From Penicillus capitatus (lineage: Eukaryota; Plantae; Chlorophyta): a stretch of 64,000 nt of DNA. The position numbers and the translations under genes were made by a program. The notes beneath the pieces were generated by a model. It was not told the DNA's origin, searched no databases, and saw only the letters and a list, made by a program, of their open reading frames with translations. This document shows positions 50,531 through 61,344 of the stretch, piece after piece. Location: the NCBI GenBank assembly GCA_965649825.1, contig OZ287700.1, forward strand, positions 1,116,001 to 1,180,000, read 5' to 3'. The stretch's first letter is position 1. Every line of letters starts with the position of its first letter.

Positions 50531-53500
50531 CTACTGTTTTGTTTCAACGTGTTCTAGCAATCCGGGAAACTTCGCTTCGAACTCTTGTCTCAGAAACCCA
50601 ACAAACAAGTCAATATCATCTTTACTCCACCTTCCGATTTCTTGGGAGAAACTCGTATGAAGGAAAAAAGGAATCGTTTTACGTTTTGAAAGAGGGTCAA
50701 ACGAAAACGAATGCTTTACAAAAAAGAACGAAATGCCAGAATTATATGCAGGAAGAATAGACATTGCAGACAGAACAACTTTTTCGGGTACTATCCTTTT
50801 CAATGCCGGTCTTGCAGCATTACGCACGACTAACTCTTCGTCGCCGCACCCCGTCGCCATCAACGGCAGAATCGCGCCGGCGTGTTGTGGCGCAGCTGCG
50901 ACGACGTGGGCGATGGCGTGCATCGAGCCTCGACGTACATCCGGGTCTCCGTCGTTGCACCAATTTGCCAGAATCGGTAGAACCTCTCCACCGTGCTGCG
51001 GTGCAACCGCGACGACGCGGCCGAGGCCTCTAATTCCCCCTCGACGCGCGTTCCATTCGTCGTCGCCAACTCCTATCGCCATCATTGGCAGATATTCTTT
51101 GGCATACTGCGGTGCCGCTGCAACGACCTGGCTGATAGCCGCCATCACCCCTTGACGCGGGCTAAAGCTTCTGTTGCCCCACCATTTTGCCATCGTTGGT
51201 AGAACTTCGCCAGCGTGCTGCGGAGCTGCCCCGACGACACGGCCTATGGCATTTACCGCCTCCCGACGCGCTTTAAAGTTTTCTTCACCGCACCCCTTCA
51301 TTACCGTCAGCAGAACGTCGTTTGCGTGCTGCGGCGCCGCTTCGACGACTCGGCCAATAGCATTCATCGCCGCCTGGCGCACTTCCGAGTCTTCGTCATC
51401 GTACCCATTCATCAACGTCGGCAGAACCTCTTCGACGTGCTGCGGCGCTGGCGCGACGACGAGACCGATTGCATCTATTGCCTCCGGACGCACGTACTTG
51501 TCTTCATCGCGGCACCCACTCATCAACGTAGGAAGAACTGTGCCGGCGTGCTGCGGCGCCACCTCAACGACTCGGCCAATGGCATTCATCGCCGCCCGAC
51601 GCACTTCCGAGTCTTCGTCATCGGACACGTTCATCAACGTCTGCAGAACTGTACCGGCGTTCTTTGGCGCCGCCACGACGATGAGGTGGATGGCCTCCAT
51701 CGCCGCTCGACGCACACGCGAGTCTTCGTCGCCGCAACCCTTTGTTAGCGTCGGCAGAAAGGCAACGGCATGATGAGGTGCCTCCGAAACGATACGGCCG
51801 ATTGCGAGCATCGAACCTCGACGCACGTACTCGTCTTCGTCGTCAGACCTCTTCGCCAGCGTCGGCAGAATCTCATTAGCGTTGTGCAGTGCCGATACAA
51901 CGGCATGAAGGAGAGCCTTTTTTCCCGGTCGACACTTGTCCCATTCTTCGTCAGCGCACAACTTTGCCAGCGTCGGCAGAACGTCGTTGGCACGCTGCGG
52001 CGCCGCCACGACGACGCGGCCCATGGCCTCCATCGCTGCTCGACGCATGTCCCCACCGTTTTCGATACCACACCATTTCGCCAGCGTCGGCAGAACTTCG
52101 CCGGCGTGCTGCGGCGTCGTCGTGACAATGTGGCCGATGGCCTCCATCGCTGCTTGACATGCACGAGAGTCTTCCTCGCCGCAACTCTCTACAAGCGTGA
52201 ACAGAATCTCTTCGGCGGGCTGCTGCGCTGCGACAACGACTCGACTGACGGCCTCCATCGAAGCTTGACGGACATCCGAATCTTCGTCGCGACACCCCTC
52301 CGCCAACGTCTTCAGAACCTCATTGGCATGCCGCGGCGCTGCAACAACGACTCGACCAATTGCTTCGATCGCTGCCTGACGTACGTACTCGTCTTCGTCG
52401 CCACACAACTTCGTCAGTGTCGGTAGAACGTTACCAGCGTGTTGGGGCAATTGTTCAGCGGTAGAACTTAACCTTTCAATGCGCTCGCTTCGATCAGACG
52501 AATCATCGGGTTCTTCTACGAGTTGCAAAACGAATTGAATTATGATATAACTCTGCTTCGGAGAGTGCCGTGCGAGCTTTAAGACATCTGTAATTTTGGC
52601 CATCTCCATCCACGTTAACTCCCATGACGAATGTGCCAATAATTTCTTCATTTCGTCGACGGTCTCGTTGAGAATTTTGGGAAAACCTTCTATGACACGA
52701 GGCAGCTGTTGGAACTCTTCGACTACGATTTCACGGATTAAAACATCGTCGATAATGCGCTCGAGCAATTCGCGAGCACTATCAGCGAGCTTGATTGCTT
52801 GTTCGTCATGCAAAAGGTCTTCCAAGTCTTGTTCATCTGTCTCTTGCAGTGTTGCTTCGATGACTCGCATCTTCAATAAAAAATGTTGTATCCCCAGAAC
52901 TTCGATGGGTTTCTCGTCGGCAAGTGAAAGGATCTCTTGAAAAGCATATTTGCTTTGTCCTTCTACAAATGCGTGCATTGCGAAGGATAGCGACAAGGCG
53001 TGTTTTCGATTATACTTTCCGTTGCGAAAGAACTCGAGCTCTCTACTGTCTTCATTTGATCCTCGTTTTTTCAAGGTTTTTGCGATGTGCCTTCCGGCAA
53101 AGTACTCCTGGAACGTAAGGTGAGGGAATTGATACTCTTGGCCTTCTAACACAAGCAGAAGGAGTCCGCTTTCTTTGAAAGTTCCAGCCACACTTGCCGA
53201 CGTTGCATACTGCGTGACAAATCTTGGAGGAATTAGAATCAGACCTCTTCGAAATGTTTCGAATGCGATTCTCTCCAAGTCATCAAAAAGATCGGATTTC
53301 TTTATATTTTTTGATATCGGTTTCGTTTTAAATCTCTTCCAGATGTAGTTCGCCATATCGTTGTATACTTGAAAAATGCTAACTCTCGTCTTCTGCTCTT
53401 CAAACGCGGTCCCGTGCTCCTTCGATAAGGAACAAAGAATGTGTGCTGTCACAGGAATGTGCGCCATCTCCCACATGGCATCAGAGTTTTCGAGAAAATC

Positions 53501-55848
53501 AATGAGTCTCGGAGCATCGTCCTCGGGCAGTTCGCTTTTTATATAGTTTCGCAGCTGCTGGTCATTGAACCCGAGACATTCCACTTGAATTTCGACGCGT
53601 AGCTCTATGTTTCTCATATTGTAGGGTCGAGAAAGAAGCAACACCTTGCAAGAACGCTGCCATATGGTGGATAAGAGCTCCAGCGCATGATCATTTGCCT
53701 CGTCTAATCCATCGATCACAAGCATTGTTGACGAGTCGTCAAGCTCGTTATCCACTTGAGCGATAAGATCTTCGTACGCGCAAGCGTGTTTGCTTCCGGA
53801 AAAGCATATCTGCGATATCGCTCCTTCGAGGCTTTTCATTTTCTGTCTTCTGGTCGTAGTTTTGGCAGTGTTGAGAACTCTCACCGGCACTACGTAAAGG
53901 GCATTGAACTCTTGAGCCATTTCTCCGAGTGCCCATTTGTGCGCGATGACCTTTGTGATGCACGTCTTACCCGAGCCGGGATTTCCGTAGATAAGCACTC
54001 TTTGAACTTCGCTTTCTGGATTCCCAGGTTTGAGAGATCTTCGCTTGAACAAGTCGTCCAGAGCAATGGGTTTCGTGACTATTGTTTTCTTCTCGTAGTA
54101 TTCCTTCGCTTGATCCCTCAAAAGATTTGAGGACCTTTCCTCCGTTACTTCCATTCCTTGGATAACCTCTGCTCCGTCTTTTGATTTGAACCCTTGATCT
54201 TCAATGATTTCTTTGGATATGACAACATGGTGCTTCATATCCCTGACATGTTTGGGAGATCCATCTTCGAACAAAGAAGTCACCTACAAAACGAGACATT
54301 CTTATCGACTTGACTGTGCTTATGATGGTAGTACGTACCGTCGCGAAGTCATCTCGCAAGTATCTTTTCCTTAGTTCTTTTCTATTCAAATCCATAAAGG
54401 CAAGAGGCGTGTACCCCACGTCCCTTCCAAACTTAACACACAGATCCTTGGACTCCACGACAGCTCTCTGTTGGCTTGGCGCTCGAAGCTTGTCTTCCAT
54501 GCTGCTTCGATCCAACCATTCCATCAGTACCTCCTTGGTGAATCTCTCGCAAGAATGGTGCAAGTGCTTAAGCGCTTCTTCCGTTGCCTCGACGCATTGG
54601 ACTGTTTTATGGAGTTCGTATACAGCGTCTAAGAATGCGATTAAGATATCGACATCGTCGATCCATCCATTGTCGACGCCTTGATTTGCTGCTAGATCCA
54701 CCAACTTCATCGCCGCGTTTTTGCGGGTGTTCTCTACCGATCCTTCTTTTGCAAGAATGGCTAACTCTTGAATGATGCCAAATCTCAGTGCCTTCAAGTC
54801 TTCTGAGTTTTTCATCTTCCTTTGGTGTTCCATTGCAACAGTGTATTCGGACTCCAGAAGTTCAAGCTTCGTTTCATCTTTCGACGCCTCTATCCTTGCC
54901 CCCATCAGAGCTTGAAACGAGTCAAACCACGGTTTCTTGAACGCTCCCATATCGATAATGACATCTCGGCCTTTTCTATAAGCCTCTTGGATTGCCTCGG
55001 GATCGATATCACCGCTGGCTAGATTTCTGATACAATGAAAAACATGCCAAAAGCCGCAAAATCCATACTTGGCGTATCGGATTGCTTGCATGAAGCGCGA
55101 AGGAACATCCCAAGGCTCGAGGCGTTCAACAGCCTGCCGAAGAGCGCTGAAATGGAACTTCACCGGATAGTATTTACACGAGAGCTCCATCTCTTTCTCC
55201 TTCGAAGCGATGGCTCGACGAAGATGTCGCTTTTCTTTTTCGTCGATTTCGTTTTGGCTGCTTTTGATAAGCAGAAAAAAGGTTTGATGCAGTGCGAAAA
55301 AGGTGGTCTCGTGCCGAGCAAAGTTCTTTCTCGTGAGCTTCGGTCGCGGAGAGAGGGTAGCCAAAAGCTTCATTGCTAGCTCCACCAGCTCTGAAACGCC
55401 ATTGTAGGCGACAGGATCGATGTGCACAAGTGCTATGCGAAGTGAGATGGCGAAGTTCGTCTCGAGAGCTTCCCCCCTGGCAGATGCACGAACGAAGGGC
55501 ATGGAATACGTTTCGTGAAATGTCGGCGTCGTGTATAGATCGGAACGTGATTTTGGACAACTCCGCGTACTCAAGGACAACCTTCTGTCGGAGGCATTCG
55601 GCGCTTCGATCGTTATACTTGCGCAACCATCTGAGTAGGACAGCTCTTTCGTCTTCATCCGTCATCGAGTTGTACGTAGCGACCAGATTCTTGGTGCTGT
55701 CGATGTTGTATTTCTTCACGACGGCAAGCAACAGTCTTGGATCATGACGCTCTTCCGGCCTTATACCATTGATAGCAGATCGACTGTCAATTCCTGCGGC
55801 GAGTGTCTCAATCCCACTGGGTCCTCCGTCCGAAGCTCGGGCTTGCAT
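50531..55848 (-). CDS. NLR-like NACHT protein 2: helical N-terminal domain, NACHT, 15 HEAT repeats, C-terminal cap; intron 54338-54284 and an apparent 1-nt frameshift at 55472-55477
   Basis: IYGNPGSGKT, MLVIDGLDE, AHIPVTAHIL, YQFPHLTFQEYFAG; splicing the 55-nt gtacgt..tgtag intron gives RYLRDDFATVTSLFEDG, colinear with NLR1 RYQEPSFTTASSMFEGQ. Confidence 0.88.
50785..52441 (-). repeat. Array of 15 HEAT repeats, 37 aa (111 nt) each
   Basis: Consensus HAGEVLPTLxxxCxDEDxxVRxAAMxAIGRVVxAAPQ; cgtcggcagaac recurs at 111-nt spacing. Confidence 0.93.
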
Positions 55849-56876
55849 GTTCGGTCGTAATCTACGCAATAAAGCAGTGCCGGTCTCTTGTCGTCTAACG
55901 GAACGAGCAAAACTGCGTACCGCGCAAAAGAGTTCGCAGAAAAGTTCGCAGACTAGTTCGCACCGGAGAAGATGAGTCGGATGTCCACATTGGCGTCAAT
56001 ACTCGGGTAACCATCTTCCATTCGACGCATTCTATACTAACTGTCGATTCGAACTTACTGTTAAGCGATTATCTGGATAACGCGAAAGTGTGTTTAGCGC
56101 ACCTGAACGCCTTCTTTTCTACTCTGCTGGTGGATGGCTTTCAGAACAGATGACGAGTCATGAGACCCGCAATTTCTTTTCAAGTAGATACATGACGCGA
56201 CCAGACCTTCCATTGCGCCGTCTTCCTTGGTTGCTCTTCTGCCAAGGAAATCTCTTTGAAGTAAGCGTAACTAGCCGCGGTTATTTACTCTTCTGTACTT
56301 CCTCCTGATGTATGTTGTTGGTAACCAATGCACAGAATCGATCATCGGTGGTCTTCCCTGTGCAGACACATAGTATGCATCCGCACATAAATGTCGTTCT
56401 CTGGTTAGAGCACTCCACCTGTTTGCTAATCTAGATGGCACTTCTATTTCACGGCCCATATAATGGCAATGGTCGCATGATGATGATCCGAGGGCATGAC
56501 CCCATTCACTGTTCCTTGTGTTCGATGGTCTGTCATGCATACGGTATTTCTTCTTGACGTTGTTATCTTTCTTTCATTTGTTTTCAACTAGTTGCTCCAA
56601 TCACTAAAGGGGTCTAAAAGTTGTTTCTCTCAAAAGCACAACTCGCATCGTCATCGTGCACTGCAAGTAACCAATTTTCAATGCTCTGGATCCGTCTTAC
56701 ATCGTTTTCTATCCACTCGATGAATCAATACAACTCACATCGATGCGATGGCTGCACCGTCCGGCCTCATTACCGTTCTCTTTACCACAAGCCTCCTTTT
56801 CGTAGAGAATAATGCCGTTCCGAGTGATACGATCGAAACAGACGATTTCTTCTGCTCACTCGACGGATCGTCTTTG

Positions 56877-57161
56877 ATGTTTCGTACGTGCACGTTCGAA
56901 ATTTTCGGTCGAGTCCAAGGCGTCTACTTTCGAAAGCACACAGTTGACGAAGCGCGTCGCCTTCAGCTCGTCGGTACTGTGCGCAACACCAGACAAGGAA
57001 GCGTCCATGGCGTCATGCAAGGATCGCCGACCAATATCGAAGTCATGAAAGTCTGGTTACGAGAAACCGGATCGCCGATGTCGAGAATCGAACGCGCCGT
57101 CTTCACAGATGAGCGCGATATTCCGAAACTCGATTACACGTCCTTTGAAATCTTGCGTTGA
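56877..57161 (+). CDS. ACYP: Acylphosphatase
   Basis: FEIFGRVQGVYFR and GTVRNTRQGSVHGVMQG signatures; 94 aa. Confidence 0.95.
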   Translation: MFRTCTFEIFGRVQGVYFRKHTVDEARRLQLVGTVRNTRQGSVHGVMQGSPTNIEVMKVWLRETGSPMSRIERAVFTDERDIPKLDYTSFEILR

Positions 57162-57177
57162 ACGGAAGACGTCCATT

Positions 57178-57916
57178 TCAAAAGGAATGCCGTTTGGCAC
57201 CGAGTGCAGAGTTTAATTGCGCTTCGTCCTCCTTCTCTTCGAGCTCCGCGAAGGCAGAATCGAGTTCGAGTTGACGTGGGTTAAAGCTATCATGTCGAAA
57301 TTCGAGACGCGGCGTCACACGTGCTCCCAGGTATTTCCCAAGGTCCTTTCGAATCTTAGACATGCTGCATGGGCCGCCGATCATTTATCGAGCGAACACG
57401 GAGATGCCTCGCACTTTTGGTGAAGCGCAACAATGGTGTCTGGTTTGCGATGGGGAAAGCAATCCCATTGAATGAAGAGTGTACGTTTATTGAGTGACAT
57501 TCTCACCTACAGCGATAGGAAGACATTTGGATGTCATAAGGTGTGCGTGCGTGCAGGCATGCAGACACAGACGTTGCAGATTTCGAAACCGAGCGCTTTT
57601 GTGAAAAGGTGCCGCAAACCACCATCGTTCTCAAATGTTGCACGAAGTGCTTTTCTTGCCCGGCCAGTAACTAGACACACTGTATGCAGCAGTGGAAATA
57701 CGCCGTAGGAATTCTCACATTTCTTGTGACGCAGCGATTCGTCATAGAATATCTCCGAAGGCGGCCTTCACAATCCGTCTGAATAGAAGACGCATTTTTG
57801 ACAGGGGACACACTTCCATCTATTATTCCGGCCACTTTCGTGCGAGAGGCGACAACAGACAGACGGGTCAATCGAACACGGGACACTGTTGAGTGCCGCG
57901 AGTGATCGTTTGGCAC
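57178..57916 (-). CDS. Ribosome-binding factor A-like (organellar RbfA), multi-exon; start uncertain
   Basis: VRMSLNKRTLFIQW and IRKDLGKYLGARVTPRLEFRHD resemble RbfA motifs. Confidence 0.7.
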
Positions 57917-57995
57917 GGACGAATCGCCGAAGGACGATCATTGGACGTTGTTGAATGATTAGTCCGGCGATGTCGATGATTCACAGCCTGCGTCT

Positions 57996-59082
57996 ATGTA
58001 CCACTTCGAGACCATCGGAGGTGCGTCATCGAGCGAACGCAGTCGAGGACGAATTGTATCGTTCTAGATGACTTTCCCAGACGAACGTTCTTCGAAGAGG
58101 AGGAGGAGGAAGCCGAACTCGAAAGTGCCAAGAACCTGGTTCCTCCAATCGTCTTGGTAGCGTCGACCTTCTGTACTTCTTGTGCGACGCGTTGTATACC
58201 TAGACAAATCGCCGATTCGACAATACTAAACCAGAGTTGGTGGTAAGCGCGACGTGCAAACGTTCTGATGATGAGACGCTGTATTGAGATCGTGGGCTGT
58301 TCGGCAGCTGCCTGTCTCGTACTCGACAAAGTGACGAGAGTGTGTGAAAGAATGGGTTCTCTACTCCTGCCCGAAATCTCGTTGGCAGGAAATACAGTGA
58401 AGCCGTCTCTGTCGGATCAGTCCGCAAACATGTGGTCCAATCCGAAAGGGTCGGTCGTTGTCATTCCGTGTCAGTACACTGTCCCCGGCGAACGAGCTGT
58501 CGCATGGGTCCGTGGAATGACCGCCACTCTTCAGCCATCGTCGCTCTTGGTGATCGGCTCCATGCAGGTAGAGAATCGGCCTCTCCTTTCTGCCGTCCCG
58601 AGAATTCGTGCCATTCTAAAGGCGGCCAATTTCAGAGGTCCTCAGGATGCGGCCGAAGAAACACTGCTGTTCAGTGTTGCCACAACGGTCGCCCGGGAGC
58701 GTTCTTTTCTCAAGGACACATGGCCCCCTCTTCTGCCTCCTGGAAATCTTATCAGCGATCTTCCATCTGCTCTCTTGCAACATGCTGAAGTAACATAACA
58801 GTCTCTGTCTCAAAGATTGATATACAGTTGTGGATGTGTGTCTGGCAGTGTCATGGTATGGCAGCTACGGGATGGATCAGTGTGGACTTCTATACGCATC
58901 TTGATTTGACACTTCTCCGACATCTATCGACTCTCATTGCTCCCGTCCTCTCTACACACGGTCCCGCCATCCAGCGCTTTCCTGTCGTTTGATTGTTGCC
59001 TCTTTTAGGTATCGTTCTCGCGTCAGACGATTGGAATCTCAAAGGACTGACACCGCCTCAACCGTCCTCTCTCTTCACCTGA
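57996..59082 (+). CDS. PSMG1: Proteasome assembly chaperone 1 (PAC1/PSMG1)-like, multi-exon
   Basis: N-terminal FPRRTFFEEE, VIPCQYTVPGERAVAW, PLLPPGNLISDLPSALLQHA, terminal SSLFT*. Confidence 0.75.
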
Positions 59083-59349
59083 CGTGTAGAAGGGGAACGC
59101 GACTCAGGTCATTGACTAGACGTCCCGTCTTTTGCCATAGAGTGTTACATCTTTACCACGTGTCGAAGAAAACAGAGGATGGACAACAACGGCAATGACG
59201 GGCGACCGTCTGTGATTTATGAGACTCTAAGTCGCTTTACATCTTCCGACCGACCCGGTTCGTTCGTATTGGCTCGGTAGCTACAAGGAAGTTCTGCTGT
59301 AGGCGATTTAGTAAATGAGCCACGAAAAACGCGTGCCTGCAGCGTCCAA

Positions 59350-60717
59350 GTGCTCTCCAATACGACAAGTCCATTCGCGATGCGTGGTCTTACACGACGT
59401 GAAACGACACATATTATCTACCCTGAATGGTCCTCTTCCGCCGAGTCAGTCGACGTAATCCCAACGACGCCAGTCTCACCCGAAGCCCAGACGACAACAC
59501 CTCTCACGCGTCTGGCTGAAAGCATCCGATTGAACTTTGGCAAGAATCGCTCGCCACAGACTGGCCGTGAATTTCACCGAAAATGCAAAGCTTTCATCGT
59601 CGATCGCGTCATCAATCGACGAAGGGGAGATAGCTGGATTGCCTCTTTGGATGGAATCGATATCGATGTTGAAGAAGTGGAGTCCGACGGTGACTGGGCA
59701 GTGCTCGAAAAGGTCGACGATGATTTTGCGATCGTTGAACTCCGCCCCATAGACTTAGAGCCACGAGGTGGTTTTTCTCTGGACATTCCTTTTGAAGATG
59801 TCAAGAAAGGTCGGAAGATTGGAGAGGGTGCCTTTGGGCTGGTCTATCGAGCAACGTATCAAAACAGGTTGGTTGTGTTGAAAGAGGTGGCTCCTCATCA
59901 TTATCATACTGGACATGGACGACGCTTTATCGAATCTCTGAAATCTGAATTGTGTGTACTGGGAGCGCTGGGCACGCATCCGAATGTACTGGAATGTTAC
60001 GGCGGCTCGCTCAAAGCACCCAATGTCTTCATGCTGTGCCAGTTAATGGACATGACCCTCGCAGATTTGATCTATGGCCAGCCAGATGGCCCAGCACCTC
60101 TACCAGTCGAACTCGCTCTGCACATTGCACACGATATTCTGGCCGGACTGCATCATTTGCACAAGATGTGCCCTCAAGTGGTGCATCGAGATCTGAAACC
60201 TGAGAATATATTGCTGAATGAGAGGAAGCATGCATGTGTTGCCGATTTCGGATTGTCGCGTACGAAATCGCACACCTACATCCAAACAGAGAATACACAT
60301 GCAGGCACTCCAGAATATCTGGCACCAGAAGCAGCAACTGGCAAAATGAATGAGAAGATGGACATCTACGGACTGGGAGTTATCCTTTGGGAATGCCTCA
60401 TGGCACAGCGACCGTGGGAAGGCTACCATCCTTTCGCTATATTTCTGAATGTCGCTGAGGGCCAACGGCTGCCGCTACCCGATAACGTGTTCCCAACCCT
60501 CGAGGAAGGTATTTCCATTGCTTGTTTCTCTCATGATGTGACAGTTCGACCTTGTCAAGGAGATCCAGTCATGTTTCAAGTCCGAAAGATCATCGAGAGG
60601 TGCTGGGTCGGTGTACCAGACAGACGACCTGGAGCACTGGAAGTCATGGATGACATTGAAGACATCTTTTTAGACATGTATCAATCCAATCAGCATCAAA
60701 ACTCCGTTCAAACATAA
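59350..60717 (+). CDS. TKL/Raf-like MAP3K protein kinase; the true start may lie in an upstream exon (about 59179)
   Basis: IGEGAFGLVY, VLKEV, HRDLKPEN, ADFGLSR, GTPEYLAPE, DIYGLGVILWE. Confidence 0.93.
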   Translation: MLSNTTSPFAMRGLTRRETTHIIYPEWSSSAESVDVIPTTPVSPEAQTTTPLTRLAESIRLNFGKNRSPQTGREFHRKCKAFIVDRVINRRRGDSWIASLDGIDIDVEEVESDGDWAVLEKVDDDFAIVELRPIDLEPRGGFSLDIPFEDVKKGRKIGEGAFGLVYRATYQNRLVVLKEVAPHHYHTGHGRRFIESLKSELCVLGALGTHPNVLECYGGSLKAPNVFMLCQLMDMTLADLIYGQPDGPAPLPVELALHIAHDILAGLHHLHKMCPQVVHRDLKPENILLNERKHACVADFGLSRTKSHTYIQTENTHAGTPEYLAPEAATGKMNEKMDIYGLGVILWECLMAQRPWEGYHPFAIFLNVAEGQRLPLPDNVFPTLEEGISIACFSHDVTVRPCQGDPVMFQVRKIIERCWVGVPDRRPGALEVMDDIEDIFLDMYQSNQHQNSVQT

Positions 60718-60722
60718 TCGTT

Positions 60723-61344
60723 TTAAAGATGCTCTGAGAGAATGTTGTGTAGTTCTTCGTCGTCTACTCTCACCATCTGACATCTCCCCAATGCCTTGGC
60801 GAGCCACACTGAAAGAATGTGTTTGCACTAAGGACACGACCGTTAACATTGTATGAAGATGATGGGACAGCTGCACGTAGATTTGTGTCTTGGCCGTCAT
60901 GACATGGTGTGCAAAAGAATAGCACGTGCAGAAATGATAAGGAAACACGATATACACGTTATCCTTTGTCTTTGCTTCTGCTGATGTCACCTGTCATGTC
61001 GAAAAATGTCCCTTTGCTGATCATGAACTTATGCATACTGTATAGACTGTGTTTTCAGATGTCGTTGAAGTGTAACAGTGCACTTTTTCTTCTTCGACGA
61101 GTTCAAAAGCGCGAGGGAGCACAGAACCAAACACAACGCTTAGACTAGGCAACCGGCTGTGATGTGACGTTTCATAACGATATATGTCGCGCGCCTGCGG
61201 AGCTGAGACTCGGAGGCTACACCGTACAATTAGATTCAAAGAAGGCCAGAAGCATCGACGCATACGTACGTTGTTCGAGGATAAGCGCTGTGTCCTGTAG
61301 GTCTCGAAAAAGTGCATCGATGTGCCTAAGCACATGGACGACAA
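60723..61344 (-). CDS. ZSWIM7: SWIM zinc-finger protein ZSWIM7/SWS1 (Shu complex)-like, multi-exon
   Basis: LSVVFGSVLPRAFELVE, FCTCYSFAHHV..IY|CKHILSVWLAKALG. Confidence 0.85.

Noticed and set aside
50733-52426. Many long plus-strand ORFs with repeats
   Set aside because: Antisense shadows of the GC-rich HEAT array of NLR2
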